A stretch of DNA of 64,000 nt from Pecten maximus (lineage: Eukaryota), in the NCBI RefSeq assembly GCF_902652985.1, contig NC_047024.1, positions 4,030,001 to 4,094,000 on the forward strand. The letters are read 5' to 3'. Within the stretch, counting starts at the first letter, position 1, and every line of letters begins with the position of its first letter. This document shows positions 41,433-55,182 of this stretch, piece after piece. The position numbers and the translations under genes were made by a program. A model generated the notes under the pieces. The model was not told where the DNA came from. It worked only from the letters and a program-made list of their open reading frames with translations, and did no database searches.

Positions 41433-41994
41433 GGCATGCAGTGGTTTAGTCATAAGGTATGATGATTGAATGTTTACTTAGAGAATTTATAAAATATATA
41501 GATACAATATATACAATGTCAATGAAATTTAACATTATACATTTGTATATAGAACATAGTTTATTCAAACGGTAATTATTATATTTCTGAACATAGTGTT
41601 ACTTGGTAAATAGTATATCAATCTGTGTTATTACTAAATGTTTAACTTTCTAAACCAATCCTATTGCAAGTATATGGCATTGTCCGTCCGGCATAAACTT
41701 TTGTCTGGGGAACTCCTCCTACATTTTCAAGCGATCTTTTTGAAACTTATTAGCTTTTTTAATCATTATATATGTACTGTAGTTGTATATCCCTGATTGC
41801 CACTTTGTATTTGACTATTTTTTGCGGAAATGTATTCCCCTTCATTTATTTCAATATTTTATTTTTATCTCGCCTATGATGAAGTAGCAAAGCAAGACTA
41901 TGGTGTTATTTTTCCAGCGGCGACACAACTACATTGTACGTTTTGTGCTTAGATCTGTTGCTTAAAAAGTACCAGACCAATTTTAACCAAACTA

Positions 41995-43032
41995 CAGTCA
42001 AACTTCGATGTTTCGAAGTTCAAGGGACTAACAGAAAAACTTCGAAACAGCGGGACTTCGAATTATTCATGGTTGACAATAGATCGATGTTTTCTTGATA
42101 ATGACCATATCTGTTAACGTTACATGTCCTCAGTGTCTTCGTGTTGATAGTCGCCTGTCAGGCTCACATCGAAAAGTTTAGTTAATTTATACCTCAAACA
42201 CAACAAAATAAAAATTCTTTTCATTAATTATACCTAAGCATTTTATTAATTAAACAAAATATGTATCGGTTACAAAAAACTTATATCGCGTTTAACAGAT
42301 AAAACAAAAGAAGTACAATGCACACTTACGTAAGTCGTTAGGCTTTTCTGCTAAAGACACGTGCGTTTACGTTATGTGCATATAAAATACGGAATGCCGA
42401 TCGGTTGGAGAATGCATGATTGAATGACAAATAATCGATTTACTTGGATATTTATGTATAAGTTTGAAACGTGACACTTTGAATATGAGTGAAGCTATCG
42501 CTAATTGTTTGTGTTTAAAATTGGTCCGGTTGTTTTACAGTTCCGTAAAATTTACTCACCGACCGCTGATTTCAATGGCGGCGGAGATTATCAGAGACGA
42601 CTACCGAAATGTTTTACCGGAGTGATTAAATGTCATGGCTTCTAAATACACCTTTTATCTATCAATTTGGTCTGATTATTAATTAACCCCATGACCGGGA
42701 GTGACAACACACGCTATCGTTATCCCTATTGTCAGTCAGGGCATTTGGGGGAGAGGTGTGAAATCTTGCCGCAGGGGTCACGGCAAACACCTGTCCAGTG
42801 GTCAGTACAGGTAATTTTTTTGTTCGAATCATGAGATGTCAATTACCTATAATATCATAGCTAACGGGTCATGAAAAAAGTTCGATACATCGAAAACTTC
42901 GATTTATAAAAATTCGAATCATACATAGTTTCGTTAGTAGTGTTATATAGTGAGAAAATTCGGGACCAAGCAAAAAGTTCGATACAGCGAGAAATTCGAA
43001 TCAACGAAGTTCGAATCATCGAGGTTTGACTG
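41995..43032. mobile_element. Non-autonomous Tc1/mariner (pogo-like) MITE with TA target-site duplication
   Basis: TA|CAGTCAAACTTCGATGTTTCGAA ... TTCGAATCATCGAGGTTTGACTG|TA, with subterminal TTCGA repeats at both ends and no transposase ORF. Confidence 0.85.
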
Positions 43033-44391
43033 TAGGTGTATATTAACACTCATAAGGACAATCGGGGACTCCAGGAAGTAATGCTGTGAATTTCTAAGTT
43101 GTGTTTCAGCTCAGTTTCTCAAAAAGTATTAATGCCATTCCACCAAGCTTGGCATGTAGCTAAATTGTACTATGGACATCTCCACACACCTTACTGATTA
43201 CAGGAATTTTGAGAAATTAAAATAAAATCATTGTTGCTTCTCCAATTGATTTGCATATTAGTTTATAGCCAAATTGGAATGAATTCTAACATATCTCAGA
43301 CTTTACAGAAAGGATAATTTTTGGGGTAAAAGTGACATATTTTGGTGAATTAACTGATTTTGCAAAAATTTGTTTTTGTTTTACAATGCATCAGTATTTA
43401 AACAGATTTGTAATCTATACAGGGTGCTTCTATACTATCAAGGGAAGGTTGGCGTTTGTTTTTTGTTTGTATTTTTTAGATACTGAAATTATGATAAATA
43501 ATTGAGTTTGCTTTGTATTCTAATGTTTGTCAGGTGATCTCCTATTTTTTTCAACCAATCTTTTTGAAACTTGGTAGGCTATATGATAAAAATAGTAAAA
43601 TGCAATTGTGTTCCTCAATGGCATTTTGATTCAACAGTTTTTTCAAAAGTCATTGCCTTTTGTTAATTTCAGTATATGACTTTTGTCTGGAGATCACATT
43701 TTCTCCTGATCTCTTGGAAACTTTTAATTTTAATCTCTAAACAATTAATTTTGCATTTCAATATTTGTTTTCACTTGATGCATTAATTCTTTTTTTTCTT
43801 GGGCATGTAACTGGCATATGTTGTTCTGTCCCACGGTGCTCTTGTCTTATCTGTTAGTCCATTGTGTTTGGTTCCATGGAGACACAAGCTAGCTTTGTCA
43901 CACTGTGTCACAACCTCATCAGGTCCTCCTGGTGTTGAGCTTGGCCTGTTTGACTCATCCATTGCTCCCGATATCTCTGACATCCATTGCTCCTGATATC
44001 TCTGACATCATTTACACCTGACATCACTGACATCTTTGACATCCATTACTCCCGACATCTCTGACATCCATTACTCCTGACATCTCTGACATCCATTACT
44101 CCCGACATCTCTGACATCCATTACTCCTGACATCCATTACTCCTGACATCTCTGACATCCATCACTCCTGACATCTCTGACATCCATCACTCCTGACATC
44201 TCTGACATCCATTACTCCCGACATCTCTGACATCCATCACTCCTGACATATCTGACATCCATTACTCCCGACATCTCTGACATCCATTACTCCTGACATC
44301 CATCACTCCTGACATCTCTGACATCCATCACTCCTGACATCTCTGACATCCATTACTCCTGACATCTCTGACATCCATTACTCCTGACATC

Positions 44392-46354
44392 CAGGGTGGC
44401 GGATCACGTGATCCGCGATGGTATACTTCACGGAAAAATGGCGTCGAAAACAGCCCCCTCGACGGGTAATATCAGGTAGGGCAGCTCTGATTACCTCTTG
44501 ATTATTGTTATATATAGCCTAAAACCATCTATCTGTTGGTCCAGCCTTAGTTGTGCAATATTATGTCTAAAATCCCAGTAGTTTGTGAGAACATTGTGCA
44601 CGAAGGTTACGATCGGCGATCTTGAGCTCGGGTATATTTCACGGATCGAACAGAATTTCTTCATAAATCGTCATTTTGATAATGATGCTAGATATAAGTC
44701 ATAGTTAAATAAAAGTTTGACAGATTTTATTGTTAGAAAAATATACTATATACCGTTGTCATTTGAAATAAACATATGCGATGATTCGTATGAAATTGGT
44801 ATAATTCACGGACAAATTAACTATGGTATAATTCACTGCTAACCGGGAATGTATGGTTGTGTTTTCTAGAAGATTCAATTACAATTAAGTCAATCCTTTC
44901 TAAAAATTGAAGTTAAGTGATTTAATATAACGCGCTGCACATAACTTAGAGGCAATTTACTTTATGAAATTTTAGAACAATGGTACATGTTTTGTGTGAA
45001 GTATGCGGCAAGAGCTACCGGAGTAGGTCAGGACTTAACGACCATAAGAGAGTACACCAGAACAATGCACCTTACAAGTGCTGTGCCAAGCTGTTCTTCA
45101 GCAAGGCTAATTATCAAAGACACAGGTAAGTAGACTACTTCAGTATTTTCGGGATTTTTCAGTAAACTACATGACAGTATCTCCGTGACTTTTATAACCT
45201 GTCATAAAGTAAACAAATTTGCCGCCAAATAATCTCCAACAAAGTTTCCAAAATGTCTTTGTTTCAGTTGAGTATCTCATTGCTGTAGTTGTGTTACAGT
45301 CAAACCATCTAACAACTTCAATCCACAGCCGAAAAGCGATGTTGTCAATTGGAAATCGTTTCTCCTTTATTTGGCGAAAAAATTGATAAAGTGAAACATG
45401 GAGTCCATCGTGTTTGGACAGTTCTTGTAAGACATCTGGGACAAGTTCGATTACCTTTTCCTCAATGGTCTCATTTTCCCTTTCTTCGTTTTTTTCGATG
45501 TTTTTTTTCAATTAGCCCTCCATCCGTCTCTGGTATACAGTCGCCAAATAGCGATCGGGATGATTTTGACTTGAGCTTTTTGCTGCGTGGGCTCTTGAAT
45601 GTGTAGGGTGATTTACATATTGGCGACAGCCGTGAAGAAATCAACGGAGAAAAGTAGGGAGATGAGGACTGTTTTGATTTTTTAAACGCCGGTGACACAT
45701 TATAGTGAGATGAGTGTAAGGGTTTAAAAGGTGATTTCAATGGTCCTCTCTTCACTCCAACGGCGACGTTTGACGGGTAAACTATATAAGAAGCTTTTGT
45801 TGAAACGGGAGTCTTTCTTCTCCTTCGTCCAAGGTGGGACTTGGCCTTCATTTTGTCATGTTATCTGAAACAGATGTTGTTTTGTCCGTGAATTATACCA
45901 TTTTCCTGACAAAAATCCTCGCATTAATTTGTGCGTGAATTATACCAATTTCATACGAATCCATCGCATATGTTTATTTCAAATGACAACGGTATATAGT
46001 ATATTTTTCTAACAATAAAATCTGTCAAACTTTTATTTAACTATGACTTATATCTAGCATCATTATCAAAATGACGATTTATGAAGAAATTCTGTTCTGT
46101 TCCGTGAAATATACCCGAGCTCAAGATCGCCGATCATAACCTTCGTGCACAATGTTCTCACAAACTACTGGGATTTTAGACACAATATTGCACAACTAAG
46201 GCTGGACCAACACATAGATGGTTTTAGGCTATATATAACAATAATCAAGAGGTAATCAGAGCTGCCCTACCTGATAATACCCGTCGAGGGGGCTGTTTTC
46301 GACGCCATTTTTCCGTGAAGTATACCATCGCGGATCACGTGATCCGCCACCCTG
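44392..46354 (-). mobile_element. Internally deleted DNA transposon with ~420-bp near-perfect TIRs and a frameshifted coding fragment
   Basis: CAGGGTGGCGGATCACGTGATCCGCG... at 44392 is mirrored at 46354; TIR identity extends to ~44810 / ~45934. GACATC flanks both ends. Internal overlapping - strand ORFs 45471..45851 and 45167..45511. Confidence 0.85.
45167..45851 (-). pseudogene. Truncated, frameshifted transposase-like N-terminal fragment (superfamily not determined)
   Basis: Basic S/P-rich N-terminus, then a frameshift at the T-tracts ~45490-45510 into ...FPIDNIAFRLWIEVVRWF...MRYSTETKTFWKLCWRLFGGKFVYFMTG. Lies inside the TIR element; no catalytic core seen. Confidence 0.5.
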
Positions 46355-48767
46355 GACATCTCCGACATCCATTATTCCTGACATCTCTGACATCAATTAC
46401 TCCTGACATCTCTGACATCCATTACTCCTGGCATCTCTGACATCCATTACTCCTGACATCACTGACATCCATTACTCCTGACATCTCTGACATCCATTAC
46501 TCCTGACATCTCTGACATCCATTACTCCTGACATCTCTGACATCCATTACTCCTGACATCCATTACTCCTGACATCTCTGACATCCATTACTCTTAACAT
46601 CTCTGACATCCATTACTCCTGACATCTCTGACATCCATTACTCCTGACATCTCTGACATCCATTACTCCTGACATCACTGACATCCATTACTCCTGACAT
46701 CTCTGACATCCATTACTCCTGACATCTCTGACATCCATTACTCCCGACATCTCTGACATCCATTACTCCCGACATCTCTGACATCCATTACTCCCGACAT
46801 CTCTGACATCCATTACTCCCGACATCTCTGACATCCATTACTCCTGACATCTCTGACATCCATTACTCCCGACATCTCTGACATCCATTACTCCCGACAT
46901 CTCTGACATCCATTACTCCTGACATCTCTGACATCCATTACTCCTGAAATCTCTGACATCCATTACTCCCGACATCTCTGACATCTCTGACTTCCATTAC
47001 TCCTGACATCTCTGACATCCATTACTCCTGACATCTCTAACATCTCTGACATCCATTACTCCTGACATCTCTAACATCTCTGACATCCATTACTCCTGAC
47101 ATCTCTAACATCACTGACATCCATCACTCCTGACCTCCCTAACATCCATTACTCCTTACATCACTGACATCCATTACTCCTGACATCTCTGACATCCATT
47201 ACTCCTGACATCACTGACATCCATTACTCCTGACATCTCTGACATCCATTACTCCTGACATCTCTGACATACATCACTCCTGACATCTCTGACATCCATT
47301 ACTCCTGACATCACTGACATCCATTACTCCTGACATCTCTGACATCCATTACTTCTGACATCTCTGACATACATCACTCCTGACCTCCCTAACATCCATT
47401 ACTCCTTACATCACTGACATCCATTACTCCTGACATCTCTGACATCCATTACTCCTGACATCTCTGACATCCATTACTCCTGACATCTCTGACATCCATT
47501 ACTCCTGACATCTCTAACATCACTGACATCCATCACTCCTGACCTCCCTTACATCCATCACTCCTGACCTCCCTAACATCCATTACTCCTTACATCACTG
47601 ACATCCATTACTCCTGACATCTCTGACATCTATTACTCCTGACATCTCTAACATCCATCACTCCTGACATCTCTGACATCCATTACTCCTGACATCACTG
47701 ACATCCATTACCTCTGACATCTCTAACATCCATTACTCCTGACATCACTGACATCCATCACTCCTGACATCCATTACTCCTGACATCTCTGACATCAATT
47801 ATTCCTGACATCTCCGACATCCATTACTCCCGATATCTCTGACATCCATCACTCCTGACATCTCTGACATCCATTACTCCTGACATCACTGACATCCATT
47901 ACTCCTGACATCTCTGACATCCATTACTCCTGACATCTCTGACATCCATCACTCCTGACATCTCTGACATCCATTACTCCCGACATCTCTGACATCCATT
48001 ACTCCTGACATCTCTGACATCCATTACTCCCGACATTTCTGACATCCATTACTCCCGACATCTCTGACATCCATTACTCCTGACATCACTGACATCCATT
48101 ATTCCTGACATCCATTACTTCTTGCATCTCTGACATCAATTACTCCTGACATCTCTGACATCCATTACTACTGACATCTCTGACATCCATTACTCCTGAC
48201 ATCCATCACTCCTGACATCTCTGACATCCATTACCCCTGACATCTCTGACATCCATTATTACTCCTGAAAATTCTAACATCAATTACTTCTTGCATCTCA
48301 TTACTTCTGACATGGACATCCATCATGCTTGACATCAATTATTATTTTTGATGTTTGTGAAAGCCATTCATTTTTGATAGCAGTGTCATCTTATACTGTC
48401 AACATGAAACTGAGTTTGAAGTTTCTATTCCACCAGTGAAGTATATAATCTTGACGTTGGTTCAGATTTCTGTGAAGTGCAGTGTGTCTAGGACACACTA
48501 ATTTATTGTTGATATCACAATCCTCCAGAGTTGTACATCAAGCTGTAAATATATAATATCCAGTAACATTGTAGTGGCATGTTCCGTATTATATGTCTTG
48601 TTTAAATCATTGTATGTAATACACACATATATACACATTATCATTAAAAAACTGTGTTTTCTGAATAAAATTCAAACCTCACTTTTATCATGTGTTTTGT
48701 TCTGGTATGAGGAGATAATATTACTGTGTACATAATCTGTTTTGAGTGAGTGGGATTACATCACCAC

Positions 48768-49848
48768 TGCCACATACATACAGAGATTTCAGAAACAGAG
48801 ACCACCTTCTTAATGCCACGTGTATAGAAAGATTTCAGAAAAAGAGATCATGCTCCTTCTTGTAACCACATACTTACAGAAAGTTCAGAAACAGAGACCA
48901 GCTTACTGGTGCCACATACATACAGAGATTCCAGAAACAGAGATCACCTTGGTGCCACATACATACAGAGATTTCAGAAACATCACCTTCTTGGTGCCAC
49001 ATATATACAGTAAAGAGATTCCAGAAGCAGAGATCACTTTCTTGATGCCACATACAGAGATTCCAGAAACAGAGACCACCTTCTTGGTGCCACATACAGA
49101 GATTTCAGAAACAGAGACCACCTTCTTGGTGCCACATATATACAGAGATTCCAGAAACAGAGACCACCTTCTTGGTGCCACATATATACAGAGATTCCAG
49201 AAACAGAGACCACCTTCTTGGTGCCACATACATACAGAGATTCCAGAAACAGAGATCACCTTCTTGGTGCCACATATATACAGTATAGAGATTACCTTCT
49301 TGATGCCACATACATACAGAGATTTCAGAAACAGAGACCACCTTCTTGATGCCACATACAGAGATTTCAGAAACAGAGACCACCTTCTTGGTGCCACATA
49401 CAGAGATTTCAGAAACAGAGACCACCTTCTTGGTGCCACATACATAAAAGAGATTTCAGAAGCAGAGACCACCTTCTTGATGCCACATACAGAGATTTCA
49501 GAAACAGAGACCACATTCTTGGTGCCACATACAGAGATTCCAGAAAGAGAGATCACCTTCTTGGTGCCACATACAGAGATTTCAGAAACAGAGACCACCT
49601 TCTTGGTGCCACATACATAAAAGAGATTTCAGAAGCAGAGACCACCTTCTTAATGCCACATTCATAAAAGAGATTTCAGAAACAGAGACCACCTTCTTGG
49701 TGCCACATACATACAGAGATTCCAGAAACAGAGATCACATTATTGATGCCACATACATACAGAGATTCCAGAAACAGAGATCACCCTCTTGGTGCCACAT
49801 ACATAAAAGAGATTTCAGAAACAGAGACCACCTTCTTAATGCCACATA
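48768..49848. repeat. ~42-46-bp minisatellite
   Basis: gccacatacagagatttcagaaacagagaccaccttcttggt repeated. Confidence 0.93.
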
Positions 49849-49859
49849 ATGTCTTTGCT

Positions 49860-49998
49860 GTCGTGGTTGTGTCCTTGGGCAAGACACTTTACCCTAATTG
49901 CTCTCGATGGCATTAATCGGGCCTCCTGTATGTTGGTCAGTGAGGGAGTCACCAACTACTACAAGAAGACACTGCCTCAAAATGACCCTGGCAGTGTA
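49860..49998 (+). mobile_element. CORE-SINE fragment
   Basis: gtgtccttgggcaagacactttaccct resembles the CORE domain (tgtgaccttgggcaagtcacttaacc). aaatgaccctggcagtg resembles the 3' end of the SINE at ~2890. Confidence 0.55.
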
Positions 49999-50484
49999 CA
50001 GTAAAAAAGCCCAATTCTGAAAAATAAGGCACAGAAAAATGATGCCTCACAATCAAGTTTTTCAGCAATCTTACCTTGATTGTGAGACACCATTTTTCGC
50101 TGTAGGCAAAACTGAATTTCCTGTGTAAACACTTTCGGAAAATCCGTGAATTTAAAATCCGAAACTGATTTACATAATGTATTTATTTTAGTTTTAACAA
50201 ATGTGAAGTCTGTATGTACTACATAATAATGAATATACCAATTATAGTGTACATTTATTTTTTCAATTTTTATGCATATCATGCATAATACAGGAGTTAT
50301 TTGTTTCACAAAACATTTGCCCATGGCCAGGCAGTCTTTCTGTGATCTGCAACCTCAAGGGGGGATACACTGAGCCAACAAACAAACAAAGTTTAACATA
50401 AAGATTCTAAAGATATTTTATTTACTATGTCCACTATCTATATGTCCAAGAGCAGTATAAAGGACAAGAAATTTGGTCGCAGCC

Positions 50485-52632
50485 TCTGTCACCGACACAA
50501 TTGATCCTTTGTTTTGGTTCTTTGTCACCCACACAATTGATCCTTTGTCTTGGTTCTGTCACCCATACAATCGATCCTTTGTCTTGACTTTGTCACCCAC
50601 ACAATTGATCCTTTGTCTTGACTTTGTCACCCACACAATTGATCCTTTGTCTTGACTCTGTCACCCACACAATTGATCCTTTGTCTTGACTTTGTCACCG
50701 ACACAATTGATCCTTTGGTTTTGGTTCTTTGTCACCCACACAATTGATCCTTTGTCTTGACTCTGTCACCCACACAATTGATCCTTTGTCTTGACTTTGT
50801 CACCCACACAATTGATCCTTTGTCTTGGTTCTGTCACCCACACAATTGATCCTTTGTCTTGACTTTGTCACCGACACAATTGATCCTTTGTCTTGACTCT
50901 GTCACCCACACAATTGATCCTTTGTCTTGGTTCTGTCACCCACACAATTGATCCTTTTTCTTGACTCTGTCACCCACACAATTGATCCTTTGTCTTGACT
51001 CTGTCACCCACACAATTGATCCTTTGTCTTGACTTTGTCACCCACACAATCGATCCTTTGTCTTGACTCTGTCACCCACACAATTGATCCTTTGTCTTGA
51101 CTCTGTCACCCACACAATTGATCCTTTGTCTTGACTCTGTCACCCACACAATTGATCCTTTGTCTTGGTTCTGTCACCCACACAATTGATCCTTTGTCTT
51201 GACTCTGTCACCCACACAATTGATCCTTTGTCTTGGTTCTGTCACCGACACAATTGATCCTTTGTCTTGACTTTGTCACCGACACAATTGATCCTTTGTC
51301 TTGGTTCTGTCACCCACACAATTGATCCTTTGTCTTGGTTCTGTCACCCACACAATTGATCCTTTGTCTTGGTTCTGTCACCGACACAATTGATCCTTTG
51401 TCTTGAATTTGTCACCCACACAATTGATCCTGTCTTGACTTTGTCACCGACACAATTGATCCTTTGTCTTGGTTCTGTCACCCACACAATTGATCCTTTG
51501 TTTTGGTTCTGTCACCAACACAATTGATCCTTTGTCTTGGTTCTGTCACCGACACAATTGATCCTTTGTCTTGACTTTGTCACCGACACAATTGATCCTT
51601 TGTCTTGGTTCTGTCACCCACACAATTGATCCTTTGTCTTGGTTCTGTCACCGACACAATTGATCCTTTGTCTTGACTTTGTCACCGACACAATTGATCC
51701 TTTATTTTGGTTCTTTGTCACCCACACAATTGATCCTTTGTCTTGGTTCTGTCACCCACACAATTGATCCTTTGTCTTGACTCTGTCACCCACACAATTG
51801 ATCCTTTGTCTTGACTCTGTCACCCACACAATTGATCCTTTGTCTTGGTTCTGTCACCGACACAATTGATCCTTTGTCTTGACTTTGTCACCGACACAAT
51901 TGATCCTTTGTCTTGACTTTGTCACCGACACAATTGATCCTTTGTTTTGGTTCTTTGTCACCCACACAATTGATCCTTTGTCTTGACTCTGTCACCCACA
52001 CAATTGATCCTTTGTCTTGACTCTGTCACCCACACAATTGATCCTTTGTCTTGACTTTGTCACCCACACAATTGATCCTTTGTCTTGACTCTGTCACCCA
52101 CACAATTGATCCTTTGTCTTGACTTTGTCACCCACACAATTGATCCTTTGTCTTGACTCTGTCACCCACACAATTGATCCTTTGTCTTGACTCTGTCACC
52201 CACACAATTGATCCTTTGTCTTGACTTTGTCACCCACACAATTGATCCTTTGTCTTGACTTTGTCACCCACACAATTGATCCTTTGTCTTGACTCTGTCA
52301 CCCACACAATTGATCCTTTGTCTTGACTCTGTCACCCACACAATTGATCCTTTGTCTTGACTCTGTCACCCACACAATTGATCCTTTGTCTTGACTCTGT
52401 CACCCACACAATTGATCCTTTGTCTTGACTCTGTCACCCACACAATTGATCCTTTGTCTTGACTCTGTCACCCACACAATTGATCCTTTGTCTTGACTCT
52501 GTCACTCACACAATCGATCCTTTGTCTTGACTCTGTCACCCACACAATTGATCCTTTGTTTTGGTTCTTTGTCACCAACACAATTTATTCTTTGTCTTGA
52601 CTTTGTCACCCACACAACTGATCATTTGTCTT
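50485..52632. repeat. 34-bp minisatellite, about 63 copies
   Basis: tgtcacccacacaattgatcctttgtcttgactc repeated. Confidence 0.96.
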
Positions 52633-53619
52633 GATGAACAACTGATTGAAAAAAAAAACTTACTTGTATTACTGATGCTTTTACATATGTGATCGAGCAG
52701 ATATATTTACAATAAATTTAATACAGTTAAAATTTGAATTGACTTAATGTAGATTGAGGTACAAGATTTATTGTACAGATAGACGTACCCCAGAGGATGT
52801 GATAGATGTCTTAGAGAGATAGTGAGGTCACAATTTCATCCTAAGCATGGTCAGGGTATTTCTCTTTACTCATTGGCCAGTGTAAGCTATATTGGATTGC
52901 CAGGATTCCTTTGAGCTAAAGATCCAGGGTTTGTGGTTGTCTTTGGGGACTGACTTTGTGAAGGAAGGAGTTTTGTAAAAGTGGAGAGTAAAGGTCACTT
53001 TGCTCATGTTAAATGACCTCAGCCTTGTGGTAGGTCATCACCTTGAGTGAAGCCTCAGTACAGACAGGACCTCATTCACTACTTATTTGTATAAAAACCG
53101 ATAAACCAACAGAGACAATCGTACAATAGTAAGCTAGATATTTTAAAGTGACTATAAACTCATTAAACATTGATTTCTTCTTAGAAATAATGAAATGGGT
53201 TTAAGATATAAAGATGCACGAGTCTATACCATAAAAGGAGACAGATGAATGGAGTCACAAGGGTGTAAGTGATGAGTCCCCACAGCATTCTGCTTGTGAA
53301 CGGTAACATATCTGTATGTATTCTTGTTGGACGTACTGAATTATTGTTTTGCACTGACATAAGTATTTACAAAACACAGTTGCTGACACTTGTAATTGTC
53401 CTAATAAGGAAAGTCTTAGTTTTAAGATACATTTATTAAAAATATTATGCCTGATGATATTTTCCAATTGATTTTTACAGTTAAAGTTGCTTCAATAAGC
53501 CAGTTGTGTTTTTTAATTACATACCTTTTGTGATAAAACCCAAGTGGCCGGTACGATTTTGCCTGTGTTTACATTGTTACCATGGTACTCAGATACTTGT
53601 TACTTTTGTCTCTCTGTAG

Positions 53620-54092
53620 ATGGCGCTGACAGCGTTGGCCTGCTCCTGGGCGCAGAAGACACTGACAGCCATTCAGAGAAGACATCCGAATTCTCATGTC
53701 CCCTGTGTCATAAAGACTTCCCGACATCCTACAATCTGTGGCAACACATGCAGAGCCACCAGTATAGGTGTTCTATATGTGAGAAAGGGTTCGAGGACAA
53801 GGAGACATTGAGTCGACACCTACTGTCTATACACAGTGAGGAATTCTACCACTTCTGTTTTGAATGTGGTAAGGGTTTTAAATCCTACTCTGGAATCAAT
53901 GACCATAGAAAGACATACCATGGAATGGGTGACCACAAGTGTGATATCTGTGCCAAGTCTTTCTCCTGCAACAGTCGGCTTCTCGTTCATAAGAAGAGCC
54001 ATTCTGACGAACGACCATTCGTCTGCTTGAGCTGTGGAAGGTCCTACAAACACAAGAAGGATTTGCGAGATCATTTCTGTGCCTATACCTAG
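53620..54092 (+). CDS. Putative alternative terminal exon 14: 5 zinc fingers; paralog of exon 13
   Basis: Acceptor cttttgtctctctgtAG at 53618-53619, phase 1. Shares KSFSCNSRLLVHK with exon 13. Confidence 0.88.
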
Positions 54093-55182
54093 TCACGTCT
54101 ACTGGAGGTGTTCTGTAAGCTGTGATTAGTGATCCTCAGTATGTCAGATATTCTTCTTCCCTGCTCATTTATATTCCAAAATGACTGGGCTTGGATGATA
54201 ATACATCCCTGTTAAAGGGATATTCCACACAATTTGTAAAAATTCTCTTCTGTACCTGTTAATAACACTTTTAAAACTATTGTGAGTGTCAAAATATCTT
54301 ACCTTTGGTCAGTTTGGACAAGGTTGGAAATACTCCTGGTCAATATATAATTAGACCACCCTGATACCTAGAGACTTTATGAAGCCTGGACCTGAAGGCT
54401 CGCTGGTTTACAGTTCTGGGTAAAAACATGTGGATTACATGCTGTTCACTTGTAATTTTTGCTGGGATTACAATTTCATTTCCTCAAGATGATTTCTTGT
54501 CAATTTTATAATGAAACAAACTATTTCATACTTTTTGACTCCATCAAAGCAAACCAGTCTGAACACTATGCCTGTGTCTGCTTATACCGAAAATAACGAG
54601 GGGTTCCAATTGAAAACAAACCTGTTATGACATTACCATGGCCACATGCATGTTTGTAATTTGATATAGTTAGATCTGTAAAGAATTCAAAGAATTCCCA
54701 CAAATTAAATATCATACGTTTGTTTATATTTTAAATTGAGGCGTTCGATTTCTGTCAGAACATGCAAATTGTATAAAACACATCTAATGAAATACTTACT
54801 TGTGCAAAATATCAAATGAAGGGTAGACATGGAATTTTCATAATACTGTCACATTCACCCTCTCTAGCTTATTACAACCAGATAATTTAGTACTGAGTGA
54901 TTTTATCCTTTACACATTGTTTTTTAATCAGAAACCACTTAATTGAGAAAGATTTTGGACCATGTCCATCGTATAAAGGAGGCAGACATTTGACTTGTCC
55001 CATCATTAATGGAGACAGACATAAGGGGGGGGGGGGGGTTGGCTGAGGGAATGTAGATATTGAAATCTGAACAGCGCTGACTATTGTGTATTATATTAAA
55101 TTCTTTATTTCAGATACTAGTGGTAATTAAAATGTTTTGTTAGAGTAGCCCAGTAATAGGATTATCGTTTTCTATGTTACAG

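Larger units (their letters stand above)
43965..48300. repeat. 25-bp minisatellite split by a transposon insertion (43965-44391 and 46355-48300)
   Basis: tgacatctctgacatccattactcc units on both sides of the element. Confidence 0.93.

Noticed and set aside
758-54092. All zinc-finger blocks as consecutive exons of one giant poly-ZNF protein
   Set aside because: Every block ends in an in-frame stop shortly after its last finger.
758-54092. Blocks as processed pseudogenes or TE-carried fragments
   Set aside because: All frames are intact, acceptors are retained in one phase, paralogs show silent divergence, and no poly(A) tails or TSDs are seen.
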